A stretch of 50,961 nucleotides of DNA, from positions 1 to 50,961 of the forward strand of contig SIBE01000002.1 in NCBI GenBank assembly GCA_009695265.1. The letters are read 5' to 3'. The DNA is from Pedosphaera sp. GTDB taxonomy: Bacteria; Verrucomicrobiota; Verrucomicrobiia; Limisphaerales; SIBE01. Position 1 is the stretch's first letter. Each line of letters begins with the position of its first letter. Positions 9,706-22,565 of the stretch are shown here, piece by piece. A program made the position numbers and the translations under genes. The notes beneath the pieces were generated by a model. That model worked only from the letters and a program-made list of their open reading frames with translations. It ran no database searches and was not told the origin of the DNA.

Positions 9706-10359
9706 TTACTTCTTAGCTGCAGCCGCTTTCTTTGGGTTCTTCTTCGACTCGCGAATCACCACGTAGTCGCCCTTCGAGCCCGGAATCGCCCCTTTGATCA
9801 GCAAGACATTCTCCGTCTCGCGCACCTGGATCACTTCCAAATTCTGGGTTGTTCGCCGCACCTGACCCATGTGACCTGGCATGCGCATTCCGCGCATAAC
9901 GGTGCCGGGAAACAAGCGCTGACCAATGGCACCACCTCGGCGATGCCAGCCCTTCGCACCGTGCGTGAGGTCACCGCCGCGAAAACCATGCCTCTTCACG
10001 ACGCCCTCAAAACCGCGTCCCTTGGTGATGCCAATCGCATCGACAAAATCGCCCTGCGCAAAAATGTTCGCACCAACCAGATCGCCCGCCTTCACCTCGA
10101 TGGAGAAGTCGCGAAACTCGCGGATGCGCTTTACAGGTTGCGCGCCGGCTTTGCGAATGTGCCCGCTCAAGGCTTTCGTCAGCCGAGATTCCTTCTGGTC
10201 GTCAAAGCCAAGTTGAACAGCGTTGTAACCGTCGGTTTCCACAGTCTTGCGTTGAATGACGCGGTTGGGGCCCACATGCACCACCGTAACGGAGGTGGCA
10301 TTACCTTTCGCATCGTAAACGCAAGTCTGTCCAAGTTTTTTTCCAAGCAAGCCAATCAT
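9706..10359 (-). CDS. rplC: 50S ribosomal protein L3
   Basis: GLLGKKLG, DGYNAVQLG, KGRGFEGVVKRHGF, MPGHMG. Confidence 0.98.
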   Translation of the reverse strand: MIGLLGKKLGQTCVYDAKGNATSVTVVHVGPNRVIQRKTVETDGYNAVQLGFDDQKESRLTKALSGHIRKAGAQPVKRIREFRDFSIEVKAGDLVGANIFAQGDFVDAIGITKGRGFEGVVKRHGFRGGDLTHGAKGWHRRGGAIGQRLFPGTVMRGMRMPGHMGQVRRTTQNLEVIQVRETENVLLIKGAIPGSKGDYVVIRESKKNPKKAAAAKK

Positions 10360-10364
10360 ACGCG

Positions 10365-10673
10365 TTAAATCTTGATGGTAATATCAACTCCAGCCGGCAG
10401 GTTCAGTTTTTTGAGTTCATCGACTGTCTTGGCGGTAGGATCGATGATATCCAAGAGGCGCTTGTGTGTGCGCTGTTCGAATGTTTCCTGCGATTTTTTG
10501 TCGGCGTGCGGTGATCGCTGCACGGTAAAACGCTCGATGCGGGTTGGAAGTGGAATTGGTCCGGCCACACGGGCACCGGTGCGTTTGACGGTTTCGACTA
10601 TGTCGTGCGCTGATTGGTCTATTACCCGATGGTCGTAGGCCTTCAGGCGGATGCGGATGCGTTGTCCAGCCAT
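10365..10673 (-). CDS. rpsJ: 30S ribosomal protein S10
   Basis: [15 protein letters not shown]...GPIPLPT...RTHKRL. True start is ATG 10673; the ORF track extends to 10853. Confidence 0.98.
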   Translation of the reverse strand: MAGQRIRIRLKAYDHRVIDQSAHDIVETVKRTGARVAGPIPLPTRIERFTVQRSPHADKKSQETFEQRTHKRLLDIIDPTAKTVDELKKLNLPAGVDITIKI

Positions 10674-10698
10674 AAAAAGAACAAGGTTATAAGTTTGG

Positions 10699-12900
10699 TT
10701 AAGTGCGTGCCGCAGGCTTCTTGGAGGCGGCGTCCAAAATTGTGTTGGCGACTTGCTGCGGAACCTGCTCGAAGCTAAAAGGTTCCATCGAATACGAAGC
10801 TCGGCCTTTTGACAACGAGCGGATCGCAGTTGCGTAACCGAACATTTCGGCAAGTGGAACTTTTGCGTTCAAAATCGTCTGCCCTGCTTTTGCATCGATC
10901 CCGTTGATCACACCACGACGACGGTTGACATCGCCGAGGAGATCGCCTTGATATTCGTCAGGGGTGGTTACTTCAACCTTCATGATAGGTTCGAGAATGA
11001 TCGGGCCGGCTTTCTTGAACGCATCCTTAAGCGCGAAGATCCCAGCCATCTTGAAAGCGAGTTCATTCGAGTCAACTTCATGAAACGAACCGTCCGTCAC
11101 CTGCACCTTGATGTCAATCACCTGGAAGCCGGCGTAAACACCGCCACGGATTGCCTCCTCGATGCCGTCAATGACTGCCGGGATGTATTCCTTTGGAATT
11201 GCGCCGCCAACAATCTTGTTCTCGATCTCTATGCCCTTGCCTTTTTCATTGGGTTGAACCTCCACGCACGCGTGCCCGTATTGCCCGCGACCACCGGACT
11301 GCCGGATGAACTTGCCCTCGCCGTCAGCGGCTTTGGTGATGGTTTCGCGATAGGCAATTTGGGGCGCACCAGAGTTGGACTCGACCTTGAACTCGCGCTT
11401 CAGGCGGTCGCAAATGATTTCCAAATGCAATTCGCCCATGCCCGCGATGATGAGCTGCCCGGTTTCCTCATTGGTAAAACAGCGGAAGGTAGGATCCTCC
11501 TCAGCGAGTCTTTGCAAACCTTCGGACATCTTGTCGCGATCCTGCTTGGTCTTCGGTTCGACGGCCATGCTGATGACCGGTTCGGGGAACGTCGGCGGTT
11601 CGAGCATGATGTCGAAATCTTCATCGCAGAGAGTGTCACCAGTGGTGATGTTCCGCAGGCCGACGAGAGCTGCGATGTCGCCAGAGTAGGCCGTGTCCAC
11701 ATCCTTGCGTTCGCTGCCCTGAATGATCATCAGACGGCTGACACGCTCGCGCCGACGCGTGCGCGGATTGTAAATGGTATCACCCTTCTTGAGCTGGCCA
11801 GAATAGACCCGGAAGAACACCAATTTGCCAGCGAAGGTATCAGTCCACAGCTTGAATGCCAATGAGCAAAACTTCCCGCTGTCGTTCGATGCCACCGTGA
11901 TCTTGTTTTCCGTGCCGGGTTCAAGACCTTCGGCCTGAGGAATGTCAATTGGACTGGGAAGGTAATCAATGACCGAGTCCACCAAGACTTGGACAGCCTT
12001 CTTCTTGAACGCGGATCCGCAGAGGACCGGCACCAGCTCAATCCTGCAAGTGAGGCGGCGAATCGCAGCCTTCAAAGTAGGCGCGTCAATCTGCTTCTCA
12101 TCAAGGACCATTTCGGCGATCAGGTCGTCTTTGTTGGAAACGGCGTCAATCAACTCGGCAAGAGCGGTTTTCGCTTTATCTTTGTGAGTGTTGCGAATTT
12201 CCCGCACTTCGTAGTTCAAGCCTTCATTCACCACATCACCCGGACCCCAAACGATTTCCTTCTGATTAACGACGTCCACGACGCCCTCAAATTGGTCCTC
12301 CGCACCGATTGGAAGAAAAATCGGGAATGCGTAGGCCCTGAGTTTGTTTCTCAAATCCGCCAGCGCGTTATCGAAGTTTGCTCCGATACGATCCATCTTG
12401 TTGACGAAGGCGATGCGGGGGACTTTGTATTTGGTAGCTTGGCGCCATACCGTCTCTGACTGCGGTTGAACACCCGCGACGCCGCAGAATACGGCGACCG
12501 CGCCGTCGAGCACCCGCATGGATCGCTCAACCTCGGCGGTAAAATCAACGTGACCAGGTGTATCAATAATGTTGATTCGGTGAGGGATATTTAGAAACGC
12601 CTTGTGCAAGTCGGATTCGCCGTCTTTGACTGATTTTTGTGTCCAGTAACATGTGACAGCGGCGCTGGTAATGGTAATGCCACGTTCGCGCTCCTGATCC
12701 ATCCAGTCTGTCACGGTGTTGCCATCATCGACGTCGCCAATCTTGTGAATCAGGCCGGTGTAAAAAAGAATGCGCTCCGTCGTGGTCGTCTTCCCCGCGT
12801 CAATATGGGCAGCAATTCCTATGTTACGCGTACGTTCCATCGGATACTGCCTGTTCGGCGAGTTCAACGTTTTATTCTTGTCTTCCATTACAACAGCCAT
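10699..12900 (-). CDS. fusA: Elongation factor G
   Basis: [45 protein letters not shown]; lies downstream of rpsG. Confidence 0.98.
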   Translation of the reverse strand: MAVVMEDKNKTLNSPNRQYPMERTRNIGIAAHIDAGKTTTTERILFYTGLIHKIGDVDDGNTVTDWMDQERERGITITSAAVTCYWTQKSVKDGESDLHKAFLNIPHRINIIDTPGHVDFTAEVERSMRVLDGAVAVFCGVAGVQPQSETVWRQATKYKVPRIAFVNKMDRIGANFDNALADLRNKLRAYAFPIFLPIGAEDQFEGVVDVVNQKEIVWGPGDVVNEGLNYEVREIRNTHKDKAKTALAELIDAVSNKDDLIAEMVLDEKQIDAPTLKAAIRRLTCRIELVPVLCGSAFKKKAVQVLVDSVIDYLPSPIDIPQAEGLEPGTENKITVASNDSGKFCSLAFKLWTDTFAGKLVFFRVYSGQLKKGDTIYNPRTRRRERVSRLMIIQGSERKDVDTAYSGDIAALVGLRNITTGDTLCDEDFDIMLEPPTFPEPVISMAVEPKTKQDRDKMSEGLQRLAEEDPTFRCFTNEETGQLIIAGMGELHLEIICDRLKREFKVESNSGAPQIAYRETITKAADGEGKFIRQSGGRGQYGHACVEVQPNEKGKGIEIENKIVGGAIPKEYIPAVIDGIEEAIRGGVYAGFQVIDIKVQVTDGSFHEVDSNELAFKMAGIFALKDAFKKAGPIILEPIMKVEVTTPDEYQGDLLGDVNRRRGVINGIDAKAGQTILNAKVPLAEMFGYATAIRSLSKGRASYSMEPFSFEQVPQQVANTILDAASKKPAART

Positions 12901-12910
12901 CGATTTAGAG

Positions 12911-12949
12911 AATGAAAATGCCCCGAATTGCTATCATCTCTCGGGGCAT
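12911..12949 (-). terminator. Possible weak terminator or processing hairpin between rpsG and fusA
   Basis: 9-bp stem ATGCCCCGA/TCGGGGCAT with a 14-nt loop and a TTTCATT tail on the minus strand. Confidence 0.35.
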
Positions 12950-12962
12950 CGGAGATTTAATA

Positions 12963-13436
12963 TTACCAGCGGAAATGGGCGAATGCCTTGTTCGCTTGAG
13001 CCATCTTATGCACTTCGTCCCGTTTGCGGATCGCATTACCCTGACCTTGGTAGGCATCCATGATTTCCGCGGCAAGGGCCTCTTTCATAGGTACGCCTTT
13101 GCGTGAATCAGCAAAATCAACCACCCATCGAAGGGCAAGCGAAAGTCCACGGTCAGTGGAAGCTTCTACAGGAACTTGATAGGTTGCTCCTCCCACTCGA
13201 CGCGGTTTTACTTCAAGTCGAGGTTTCGCGTTATCCATAGCGCGCTGGAGAATTTCGATGGGATTTGAAGCAGGATTTTTCTCAGCGATGGTGTCAAAAG
13301 TTCCATAGACTATTCGCTGGGCAACACCACGTTGTCCTGACTTCATTACCGTGTTTACCAAGCGTGTAACCAGAACACTGTGAAACTTTGCATCTGCGAT
13401 GCTTTGTCTTTTACCGGCTTGACGACGTCTCGACAT
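12963..13436 (-). CDS. rpsG: 30S ribosomal protein S7
   Basis: RRVGGATYQVP, HKMAQANKAFAHFRW. Confidence 0.98.
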   Translation of the reverse strand: MSRRRQAGKRQSIADAKFHSVLVTRLVNTVMKSGQRGVAQRIVYGTFDTIAEKNPASNPIEILQRAMDNAKPRLEVKPRRVGGATYQVPVEASTDRGLSLALRWVVDFADSRKGVPMKEALAAEIMDAYQGQGNAIRKRDEVHKMAQANKAFAHFRW

Positions 13437-13452
13437 AGGAATAATTCAAAGC

Positions 13453-13848
13453 TTACTTCGCCGCAGCAGGCTTCGCAGCCTTGGGCCTCTTTACACCATA
13501 CTTGGACCGGCTTACCCGTCGCTTTTCGACGCCAGCGGCATCCAGAGTTCCGCGAACAATATGATAGCGGACACCTGGCAAATCCTTAACACGACCACCC
13601 CGGACAAGCACAATTGAATGTTCCTGCAAATTATGGCCCTCATCAGGAATGTACGCGATTATTTCATACCCATTAGTTAGCCGCACTTTTGCGACTTTTC
13701 GCATGGCCGAATTGGGTTTCTTCGGAGTTCGAGTCATGACCTGAAGACATACGCCACGTCGAAATGGTGCGTTCTCCAAGGCTGGGGACTTGGACTTGGA
13801 CTTGAGTTTGTTTCGTCCCTTACGGACTAGTTGATTAATTGTCGGCAT
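13453..13848 (-). CDS. rpsL: 30S ribosomal protein S12
   Basis: [33 protein letters not shown]. Start is ATG 13848. Confidence 0.98.
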   Translation of the reverse strand: MPTINQLVRKGRNKLKSKSKSPALENAPFRRGVCLQVMTRTPKKPNSAMRKVAKVRLTNGYEIIAYIPDEGHNLQEHSIVLVRGGRVKDLPGVRYHIVRGTLDAAGVEKRRVSRSKYGVKRPKAAKPAAAK

Positions 13849-13911
13849 CGTAGCGTGTCCAAATTGCCCCTGTTCTGGCTCCAAATTCCTACTCCGGAAA
13901 ATTGGAGCGCG

Positions 13912-13940
13912 AGTATTAACAAAGGGTCTATGTGTTGCAA
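13912..13940 (-). promoter_or_regulatory. Putative sigma70 promoter for rpsL
   Basis: TTGCAA-17 nt-AATACT with an A/T-rich upstream tract. A leader hairpin GCTCCAA/TTGGAGC follows at 13878-13908. Confidence 0.4.
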
Positions 13941-13978
13941 CTGGTTTTTCTAATTTTATTGATACTGATTGTTTCAGG

Positions 13979-16900
13979 CTAACCGGCGATAGGTTCCGTA
14001 GCAAACGGTCCTGATTCATCAACCGGAAGTTCCTCCACCAGTGGTTTCAAATGTACTTTCCGATGGCGATCGTAGCCCGTTCCCGCAGGAATGATGTGAC
14101 CCATGATAACGTTCTCCTTGAAGCCCCGGAGCGTATCGGTCTTCCCCATCGTTGCGGCTTCGGTCAGAACTCGAGTCGTGTCCTGGAAGGAAGCGGCGCT
14201 CAGAAAACTTTCCGTTTCGATGGAAGCCTTGGTTATGCCAAGCAGCACGGGTTGCCCTTCCGCCGGCTTGCCACCCATTTTGACAACACGTTCATTTTCA
14301 TTCTCGAAAATAATTTTATCGATCTGTTCGGCCCACAGGAATGTGGTGTCGCCAGGCTCTGTGATCCGCACCTTGCGAAGCATCTGCCTTACAATGATCT
14401 CGATGTGCTTGTCATTGATCGTGACGCCCTGCAGGCGATAAACTTCCTGGACTTCATTGACGAGGTGCTCTTGCAACTCTTGAGGCCCGCAAACATCCAG
14501 AATTTCGTGAGGAACAACAGGCCCTTCGGTCAACTGCTGTCCCTTTTTGACGAAATCGCCCTTGAAGACAATGACATGCCTCCCGATCGGAATCAGATGC
14601 TCCTCCTCCAACTGTGTGTTGGAGTCCTTGATCAGAATCGTGCGCTTGCCACGGACGCTGGGACCGAAGTCCACGATGCCATCGATCCTTGAAATCGCAG
14701 CCGCATCTTTTGGCCGGCGAGCTTCAAAGAGCTCGGCCACTCGAGGAAGACCACCGGTGATGTCCTTGGTCTTTGATGTCTTGCGCGGGGTCTTCGCCAT
14801 CAGGGTGCCAGCAACAATCTTGTCGCCTTCATTGACGACGATATGTGCGCCTGATGGAATAGGGTAATTTGCGGCCGGGTCACCCTTGTCATCGAGGATG
14901 ATGATTTGAGGGTGCAAGTCTTCCTTATGCTCGATGATCACCATTGCTTCCTGCCCTGTCGTCTCATCAACCTCCTGTTTCATCGTCACGCCCTCGATGA
15001 TGTCATGGAAGCGAATCTTGCCGGCTTTCTCGGAGAGAATCGGAACGTTGTACGGATCCCACTGAACGTAGGTCTCACCCTTCTTCACATGGCCGCCGTT
15101 AGCGATCGAAATGACGGAGCCGATGACGATATTATGGTTTTCCAATTCACGACCGTCGTCTGAAGCCAGAATCGAGATCGTGCCATTCTTGTTCAGCACA
15201 ATGTTGCTGCCATCCTCGAGAGGCACTAGACGGAGATCATTATATTGAAGCACGCCATCAAACTTTGATTTGATTTGTGGCTGTTTGAAAACCTGCGATG
15301 CTGTACCACCGATGTGAAACGTCCGCATTGTGAGCTGGGTACCGGGTTCACCGATGGATTGTGCGGCAATAATGCCAACCGCCTCTCCCAGTTTGACCAA
15401 GGCACCCGTGGCAAGGTTACGTCCGTAGCACCTAACGCAAATGCCGTGCTTGCTTTCGCACGTCAGCACCGAACGAATTTTAACCTTCTCGATTCCCGCC
15501 GAGTCGATTGATTTGGCTTTGATCTCGTCGATTTCTTCGTTGGCTTTGACAAATTTCTTCTTTGGATCCGCAGGATCGGCAACATCATCACAACTAACTC
15601 GACCCACAAGGCGCTCGCTCAATTTGACGACTTCATCTTCGCCTTCAGAGATTGCTTCGACCCAAATTCCGTTGCTCGTGCCGCAATCGTCCATCCGAGT
15701 GATCACGTCCTGGGCAACGTCCACCAGTTTTCGCGTCATGTAGCCGGAATCAGCTGTCTTGAGGGCTGTGTCGGCGAGACCTTTGCGAGCACCGTGTGTT
15801 GAAATGAAGTATTCCAACACTGTCAATCCTTCACGGAAGTTGGACAAGATGGGTTTCTCGATAATGTCCCCGCTGGGTTTTGCCATCAAGCCACGCACGC
15901 CTGCCAATTGCCGCACCTGCTGGCGATTTCCACGAGCTCCGGAATCAACCATCAGCCACACTGGGTTATACTCTCGCTTTCCTTGATTGTGATCGAGAGT
16001 TCGGAGCATGACGTTTGCGATCTGGTCCGTACAGTGCGTCCAAATGTCCACGATCTTGTTGTAGCGTTCGCCTGGAGTAATGACGCCTTTGCGGTACTGC
16101 TTCTCCACATCCGAAATCTGCTTCTGGGCATTTTCGATTTCCTGCGTCTTCTCCTTCGGAATGATCATGTCATCAATGCCGATGGAAACTCCTGCTCGAG
16201 TCGCCTCCCGGAAGCCCAGTTCCTTCAACTTATCGAGCATCTGGACGGTCTTATCGTGCCCGCAGTGTTTGTAGCAATTCCAGATCAGGTCTCCAATCTG
16301 GCCTTTTCGAATCACTTTATTTGGAAAACCTAATTCTAGCGGCCAGATCTCGCTGAAAATCACCCGACCGACAGTGGTTTCGATCGTTTTCTTGGTGCTA
16401 TCCCCATAGACGGTTTTAACGCCGAAGTCAGGATTGGCAATAACCACTCGGTCGTGAATTTTTATTGCGCCATCATCGAGAGCAAAGATGACTTCACTTT
16501 TCGATCCGAATAGCATCGCTCTCGCTTGTTTGACGTCTTTGACAACGCGCGGATCCGCAGTCAGGTAATAGCACCCAAGAGTGATATCCTGCGTCGGCGT
16601 CATGATCGGTTTGCCGCTCGATGGCGAGAAAATGTTATTTGGCGCCATCATCAACAGTCGCGTTTCCATCTGTGCTTCGACCGAGAGCGGGACATGCACA
16701 GCCATTTGGTCGCCGTCGAAATCCGCGTTGTAAGCCGTACAAACCAGCGGATGAATGCGGATTGCTTCACCTTCAATTAGCACCGGCTCGAAGGCTTGGA
16801 TCGAGAGACGATGAAGTGTTGGCGCACGGTTCAGCATAACCGGATGGCCTTTGGTTACTTCTTCGAGAATATCCCATACTTCGGGCGACTGGCGTTCGAT

Positions 16901-18112
16901 CATCTTCTTGGCACTGCGCACAGTGTGAACATAGCCAAGCTCCTTCAATCGACGAATGATGAAGGGCTCAAAGAGAACCAATGCCATCTTTTTGGGCAGC
17001 CCGCATTGGTGCAGCTTCAACTCGGGGCCGATGACAATCACTGAGCGGCCGGAATAATCCACACGCTTGCCCAACAGATTCTGTCGGAATCGTCCGCTCT
17101 TGCCTTTCAGCATGTCTGAAAGTGATTTCAGAGGGCGATTTCCAGCACCAGTGACAGCGCGACCATGTCGTCCATTGTCAAACAGCGCATCAACGGCTTC
17201 CTGAAGCATCCGTTTCTCGTTGCGGATGATGACCTCAGGCGTCTTGAGTTGAAGCAAGTTTTTAAGCCGGTTATTCCGGTTGATTACACGCCTATAAAGG
17301 TCATTGAGATCAGAGGTGGCGAAGCGCCCGCCTTCGAGCGGCACTAACGGACGAAGATCAGGAGGAATTACCGGCAGCACTGTGAGAATCATCCATTCAG
17401 GACGGCTTTTGGATGACATGAAACCTTGAAACAGTTTGATTCGCTTTGCGATTTTTTTGCGAATTTGTTTGCTCTTGGTTTCAAGCATTGCCTGTTGCAA
17501 GGCTTCTACTTCTTTCGGAAGCTCAGTTCGCGAGAGGGCTTCGCGAACACCTTCAGCTCCCATTTTGGCAACGAACGCTTCCGCTCCGTAAGTTTCACGT
17601 GCCTCACGATACTCCACTTCGCTCAAGAGTTGGTGAGAAAGAAGAGGTGTGGACCCGGGGTCGATGACGATATAATCCTCGTAATAGATTACGCGCTCGA
17701 GGTTTCGTGCGGTCATGTCGAGCATGAGGCCGACACGTGATGGCATGCATTTGAAAAACCAGATGTGCGACACTGGCACCGCCAGTTCAATGTGTCCCAT
17801 GCGCTCGCGACGAACGCGAGAGAGAGTCACTTCGACACCGCATCGATCGCAGACAACGCCGCGATGCTTGATGCGCTTGTATTTTCCACATGAGCACTCC
17901 CAATCTTTGACAGGACCGAAAATGCGCTCACAGAACAAGCCCCCCTTCTCGGGCTTGAACGTGCGGTAATTGATGGTCTCAGGGTTCTTGACCTCGCCCT
18001 TTGACCACGATCGGATCGACTCCGGAGAGGCGACCGAGATCGCGACGTAATCCACCAGATTGACCTTGTCGAGGCCGAGCAACTCACGGGCGGCTTCTTT
18101 TGTATTCAACAT
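13979..18112 (-). CDS. rpoC: RNA polymerase beta' subunit
   Basis: [12 protein letters not shown] active site, Zn-finger cysteines, [26 protein letters not shown]. Likely start ATG 18112. Confidence 0.99.
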   Translation of the reverse strand: MLNTKEAARELLGLDKVNLVDYVAISVASPESIRSWSKGEVKNPETINYRTFKPEKGGLFCERIFGPVKDWECSCGKYKRIKHRGVVCDRCGVEVTLSRVRRERMGHIELAVPVSHIWFFKCMPSRVGLMLDMTARNLERVIYYEDYIVIDPGSTPLLSHQLLSEVEYREARETYGAEAFVAKMGAEGVREALSRTELPKEVEALQQAMLETKSKQIRKKIAKRIKLFQGFMSSKSRPEWMILTVLPVIPPDLRPLVPLEGGRFATSDLNDLYRRVINRNNRLKNLLQLKTPEVIIRNEKRMLQEAVDALFDNGRHGRAVTGAGNRPLKSLSDMLKGKSGRFRQNLLGKRVDYSGRSVIVIGPELKLHQCGLPKKMALVLFEPFIIRRLKELGYVHTVRSAKKMIERQSPEVWDILEEVTKGHPVMLNRAPTLHRLSIQAFEPVLIEGEAIRIHPLVCTAYNADFDGDQMAVHVPLSVEAQMETRLLMMAPNNIFSPSSGKPIMTPTQDITLGCYYLTADPRVVKDVKQARAMLFGSKSEVIFALDDGAIKIHDRVVIANPDFGVKTVYGDSTKKTIETTVGRVIFSEIWPLELGFPNKVIRKGQIGDLIWNCYKHCGHDKTVQMLDKLKELGFREATRAGVSIGIDDMIIPKEKTQEIENAQKQISDVEKQYRKGVITPGERYNKIVDIWTHCTDQIANVMLRTLDHNQGKREYNPVWLMVDSGARGNRQQVRQLAGVRGLMAKPSGDIIEKPILSNFREGLTVLEYFISTHGARKGLADTALKTADSGYMTRKLVDVAQDVITRMDDCGTSNGIWVEAISEGEDEVVKLSERLVGRVSCDDVADPADPKKKFVKANEEIDEIKAKSIDSAGIEKVKIRSVLTCESKHGICVRCYGRNLATGALVKLGEAVGIIAAQSIGEPGTQLTMRTFHIGGTASQVFKQPQIKSKFDGVLQYNDLRLVPLEDGSNIVLNKNGTISILASDDGRELENHNIVIGSVISIANGGHVKKGETYVQWDPYNVPILSEKAGKIRFHDIIEGVTMKQEVDETTGQEAMVIIEHKEDLHPQIIILDDKGDPAANYPIPSGAHIVVNEGDKIVAGTLMAKTPRKTSKTKDITGGLPRVAELFEARRPKDAAAISRIDGIVDFGPSVRGKRTILIKDSNTQLEEEHLIPIGRHVIVFKGDFVKKGQQLTEGPVVPHEILDVCGPQELQEHLVNEVQEVYRLQGVTINDKHIEIIVRQMLRKVRITEPGDTTFLWAEQIDKIIFENENERVVKMGGKPAEGQPVLLGITKASIETESFLSAASFQDTTRVLTEAATMGKTDTLRGFKENVIMGHIIPAGTGYDRHRKVHLKPLVEELPVDESGPFATEPIAG

Positions 18113-18151
18113 ATTCAGACTCTTTCTTTGAACAAAGGACACCGTTCCCAA

Positions 18152-21100
18152 TTAAGAACCAAGAGCCGACAGAGCGGCCTGCTGGGCAGCCGGTTGGTCG
18201 ATCGGGTTTGAGTAGCCAACCTTCACGTCCAGACCCAGGGATTGCATTTCCTTCACCAGCACGTTGAATGATTCGGGCACTCCGGCTTCAAGAGCATTGT
18301 CGCCCTTTACAATACTTTCATATATTCGTGTACGCCCTTGCACATCGTCCGATTTGACCGTCAGCAACTCTTGTAAAGTGTAGGCGGCTCCGTAGGCTTC
18401 CATTGCCCATACTTCCATTTCGCCGAAACGCTGACCGCCGTACTGCGCCTTGCCGCCTAGCGGCTGCTGAGTGACGAGTGAGTAAGGGCCCACCGCGCGG
18501 GCGTGGATCTTGTCCGCAACCAAGTGACCCAGCTTCATCATGTAGATGTAGCCCACCACGATTTCCTGATCGAACGCCTCGCCTGAGCGCCCATCATAAA
18601 GATGCACTTTCGCGTGTTCTGGAAGTTTGGCTTCCTTGAGATAACCACGGATCTCCTTTTCCTTAATGCCGTCGAACACTGGCGTGGCAAACCGAAGCCC
18701 GAGGAATTTCGCCGCCCATCCAAGGTGTGTCTCCAGCACTTGGCCGACATTCATGCGCGAGGGCACGCCTAGCGGATTCAATACGATGTCAACAGGGGTG
18801 CCATCCGCGAGGAATGGCATGTCCTCCTCTGGAACAATCTTCGCCACCACACCCTTGTTTCCGTGGCGACCGGCCATTTTGTCACCAACAGAAAGTTTCC
18901 GCTTCGATGCGATATAAACCTTTACCGATTTGATGATTCCTGGATCAACATCATCACCCGCTTCGACGCGCTCCATTTCTTCATCATGCTGCATCTGCAG
19001 TTCATCGAACCGTTTTTTGAAACTGCCGATGATTTCATTGATCTTGTTGCGAATCGGTGAAGGATCAATTTCGATGCGGTCGTAAACTTGCGCCAATTTG
19101 CGTAGAAGCGTCTTGGTGATCTTGCGATTTGCCGGGATGATGATCTCCCCAGTCTCGCTGTTCACGACATCCAGCGGAATCTTTTCTCCAAGCAGGATGT
19201 TCGAGAGTGCTTCAGTCAGTTGTTCGCGAAGCTCTTCGAACTTTGTTTTGTACTCCTCTTCCACCTGCTTGGCGTGCTTCTTCGCTTCGCCCGCGCTCAC
19301 TCGAGCAACACGGTCCGCTTCTTTCTTGGAGGACACTTTAACATCCATCACGATGCCGTACGTCCCAGACGGAACTTTCAGCGAGGTGTCCTTAACATCA
19401 GCGGCTTTCTCACCAAAGATCGCTCGGAGCAACCGTTCTTCTGGAGCAAGTTCCGTCTCTGACTTCGGCGTGATTTTCCCTACAAGGATGTCCCCGGGCT
19501 TCACTTCGGCACCGATTCGAATGACTCCGTCGGAACCAAGGTTTTTCAGCGCTTCCTCACCCAAGTTTGGAATGTCGCGAGTGATTTCCTCAGGCCCGAG
19601 CTTGGTGTCACGAGCACCAACCTCAAATTCATCGATATGAATCGAAGTGAAAACATCGTCCTTGACGATGCGTTCTGAAATCAGGATCGCGTCCTCAAAG
19701 TTATATCCGTTCCACGGCATGAACGCACAAAGGACATTGCGGCCCAGTGCAAGTTCGCCACCTTGAGTGCAGGGTCCGTCAGCGATGATCTGACCCTTCT
19801 TAACATGGTCACCTTTTTCAACCAGGATTTTCTGGTTGATGCACGTAGCCGCGTTCGAACGCATGAATTTACGAACTTGATAGACGTAAGTTCCCTCGGA
19901 TGGATCATGCTTGATCCTCTTTTTACCTTCGGGGAGTTTGCCATCCGAAGTCACGATGATCTGATTGCCGACCACGGAGGCGACCTTGCCGCTATCCTCC
20001 GAAACAATCACCGCCCGTGAATCTCGTGCGACACGTTCTTCCAATCCCGTGGCGACGAGAGGGGCTTCGGTGACGAGCAACGGCACTGCCTGGCGTTGCA
20101 TGTTTGATCCCATCAACGCGCGGTTGGCATCGTCGTGCTCAAGGAACGGAATCAACCCTGCAGCGACAGAAACCAACTGCTTGGGCGACACATCCATGTA
20201 ATCAACTCGCGCAGGCTCCACATCGATGAAGTCCCCTTTGCAACGGCATAGAACACGATCAGTCACGAAGTGCCCCTTGTCATCGATGGCTGCGTTCGCC
20301 TGCGCTACGATGAAAGTCTCTTCGCGATCCGCAGTCAGGTAATCCAGATGATTGGTCACCCGGCCTTTTTCGACCTTGCGATAGGGAGTTTCGATAAACC
20401 CGAAGTCATTCACGCGAGCAAATGTTGCTAACGACGCTATGAGTCCAATGTTTGGGCCTTCAGGAGTTTCAATCGGGCAGATACGGCCATAGTGAGACGG
20501 ATGGACGTCGCGAACTTCAAATCCAGCACGATCACGTGACAAGCCTCCAGGCCCGAGTGCCGAAAGCCGGCGCTTGTGAGTTAGTTCAGCCAGCGGATTG
20601 ATTTGATCCATAAACTGACTCAACTGCGATCGTCCGAAGAAATCTCTCACGACTGCCGACAGCGCCTTGGGATTGATGAGTTTTTGCGGCGTCATCGTAT
20701 CCACGCCCTGATCAAAAAGAGTCATGCGCTCTTTAACCAGTCGTTCGGTGCGCGCCAGACCCACACGGCACTGATTGGCCAAAAGTTCGCCCACCGTACG
20801 GATGCGGCGGCTACCCAAATGATCAATATCGTCCAACGTTCCCTCGCCCTTCTTAAGTCGGAGTAAATATTTTGTCGCCGCCACCAAGTCTTCTTTGGTC
20901 AGGATTCGAGTATCTTCATTCCCTTTAAGACCAAGCTTCTGCATGATCTTGTAACGACCTACGCGACCAAGATCATATCGTTTTGGATCGAAGAATAACC
21001 GCTTGATCAACGCACGGGCATTGGCTGCAGTCGGTGGATCTCCGGGACGCAACCGGCGATAAATGTCCTTGAGGGCTTCCTCCTCATTTTTGGTTGGATC

Positions 21101-21976
21101 CTTCTTTATACACTTGATGATGATCCCATCATCGACCGTCGTATCAACTACTCGGATCTTTGCCATCCCCAATTCAGAAATCTGCTTGATCACAGCTTTG
21201 GATAACGGCTCAAATGCGCGAGCCACTACCAAGTTCTTGTCGGGATCAACGACATCTTCGATGAGAACCTTGTTCTGGATGTCTTCAATGGCTTCCGCCG
21301 CCTTGATCGTCAGTTCCTCGACTTCGTAAAAAAGCTTCAATACATCGGCATCAGAACCATACCCAAGCGCCCTCAAAAATGTAGTTGTTAGGAATTTCCG
21401 ACGGCGCTTCTTCCGATCGAGATAAACGTACAGGAGATCGCTGGTGTCAAATTGGGCTTCGTACCACGATCCGCGATCGGGAATGATGCGGAAGGAGTGA
21501 AGGGTCTTTCCATTCGGATGTTGGGTGGCCTCGAACGCCAGTCCTGGCGAACGGTGAAGCTGGCTGACGATGACACGTTCAGCTCCATTGATAACGAAGG
21601 TCCCTTGAGGTGTCATGAGGGGGAGTTCGCCCATGAACACTTTTTCTTCCTTGGTCCCTTTTTCCTCTTTCAATAAAAAAGTCACATGCAGCGGAGCGCC
21701 GAAAGTGATTCCTTCTCGGAGACATTCAAGCCAATCGAGTTTTGGATCGCCAATTTCATAGCTGTGGTAATCCAGCACACACTTCCCATCGTAGCTCTCG
21801 ATCGGGAAAACTTCAGTGAAGACTGCCTGCAAGCCCTTGTTCTTGCGCTTGGTTGACGCCACCTCTGCCTGGAGAAACTCGTGATACGAGTCCACCTGAA
21901 TTTCAATCAGGTTCGGAGGAGCGATGACTTCCTTGATCTTTCCAAAGTTAATTCGTTCGGGCGCTCGCGTTGGCAT
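18152..21976 (-). CDS. rpoB: RNA polymerase beta subunit
   Basis: [53 protein letters not shown]. Confidence 0.99.
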   Translation of the reverse strand: MPTRAPERINFGKIKEVIAPPNLIEIQVDSYHEFLQAEVASTKRKNKGLQAVFTEVFPIESYDGKCVLDYHSYEIGDPKLDWLECLREGITFGAPLHVTFLLKEEKGTKEEKVFMGELPLMTPQGTFVINGAERVIVSQLHRSPGLAFEATQHPNGKTLHSFRIIPDRGSWYEAQFDTSDLLYVYLDRKKRRRKFLTTTFLRALGYGSDADVLKLFYEVEELTIKAAEAIEDIQNKVLIEDVVDPDKNLVVARAFEPLSKAVIKQISELGMAKIRVVDTTVDDGIIIKCIKKDPTKNEEEALKDIYRRLRPGDPPTAANARALIKRLFFDPKRYDLGRVGRYKIMQKLGLKGNEDTRILTKEDLVAATKYLLRLKKGEGTLDDIDHLGSRRIRTVGELLANQCRVGLARTERLVKERMTLFDQGVDTMTPQKLINPKALSAVVRDFFGRSQLSQFMDQINPLAELTHKRRLSALGPGGLSRDRAGFEVRDVHPSHYGRICPIETPEGPNIGLIASLATFARVNDFGFIETPYRKVEKGRVTNHLDYLTADREETFIVAQANAAIDDKGHFVTDRVLCRCKGDFIDVEPARVDYMDVSPKQLVSVAAGLIPFLEHDDANRALMGSNMQRQAVPLLVTEAPLVATGLEERVARDSRAVIVSEDSGKVASVVGNQIIVTSDGKLPEGKKRIKHDPSEGTYVYQVRKFMRSNAATCINQKILVEKGDHVKKGQIIADGPCTQGGELALGRNVLCAFMPWNGYNFEDAILISERIVKDDVFTSIHIDEFEVGARDTKLGPEEITRDIPNLGEEALKNLGSDGVIRIGAEVKPGDILVGKITPKSETELAPEERLLRAIFGEKAADVKDTSLKVPSGTYGIVMDVKVSSKKEADRVARVSAGEAKKHAKQVEEEYKTKFEELREQLTEALSNILLGEKIPLDVVNSETGEIIIPANRKITKTLLRKLAQVYDRIEIDPSPIRNKINEIIGSFKKRFDELQMQHDEEMERVEAGDDVDPGIIKSVKVYIASKRKLSVGDKMAGRHGNKGVVAKIVPEEDMPFLADGTPVDIVLNPLGVPSRMNVGQVLETHLGWAAKFLGLRFATPVFDGIKEKEIRGYLKEAKLPEHAKVHLYDGRSGEAFDQEIVVGYIYMMKLGHLVADKIHARAVGPYSLVTQQPLGGKAQYGGQRFGEMEVWAMEAYGAAYTLQELLTVKSDDVQGRTRIYESIVKGDNALEAGVPESFNVLVKEMQSLGLDVKVGYSNPIDQPAAQQAALSALGS

Positions 21977-22129
21977 TTTTACCTCTGCTGAATGTTTCTG
22001 ACTTCGAAGTCAGTCTGTTCTTTACCATAATGACACGACACCGGTCTCTCTGCCTTCCGCAGAGACTTACCGGTAAATTTTGATTTTCAAACGAAAACAG
22101 CCCACGCGTGTCTATATCCAGGCGTTTCC

Positions 22130-22162
22130 AAAAATTGGGTGGCGGACTTCGTCCGCCACCCA
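22130..22162 (-). terminator. Terminator or attenuator between rplL and rpoB
   Basis: 12-bp perfect stem TGGGTGGCGGAC-GAA-GTCCGCCACCCA followed by ATTTTT. Confidence 0.7.
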
Positions 22163-22175
22163 CGATATTCCATGC

Positions 22176-22565
22176 TTACTTGACTTCAACCTTTGCACCG
22201 GCCTCTTCGAGCTTCTTCTTGGCGGCATCTGTGTCCGCTTTGTTTGCTCCCTCAAGGACAGTCTTTGGAGCGCCTTCCACCAGCGCCTTGGCTTCAGCGA
22301 GGCCCAATCCGGCCTTGACTTCACGGACGGCTTTGATCACCGAGATCTTCTTGTCCGCCGGAGCGGAAACGAGGATCAAGTCAAACGTGGTCTTAGCCTC
22401 AGCCGCCGGAGCTGCCGCACCACCTGCTGCACCGCCAGAAGCGGCCATTGCGACTGGAGCCGCTGCAGTCACACCCCAAGCTGTTTCAAGCTGTTTCACG
22501 AGGTCAGCCGTTTCCAGAACGGTCAACTTACCCAATTGTTCAACCAATGCTGCTAAGTCTGCCAT
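22176..22565 (-). CDS. rplL: 50S ribosomal protein L7/L12
   Basis: [14 protein letters not shown], Ala/Gly hinge, [34 protein letters not shown]. Start is ATG 22565 with GAAAGG upstream. Confidence 0.97.
   Translation of the reverse strand: MADLAALVEQLGKLTVLETADLVKQLETAWGVTAAAPVAMAASGGAAGGAAAPAAEAKTTFDLILVSAPADKKISVIKAVREVKAGLGLAEAKALVEGAPKTVLEGANKADTDAAKKKLEEAGAKVEVK

Noticed and set aside
20560-20640. Rifampicin-resistance substitutions in RpoB (and streptomycin sites in RpsL)
   Set aside because: QFMDQ..H..R..S in RpoB and PKKPNS / VKDLP in RpsL all show the usual sensitive-type residues.
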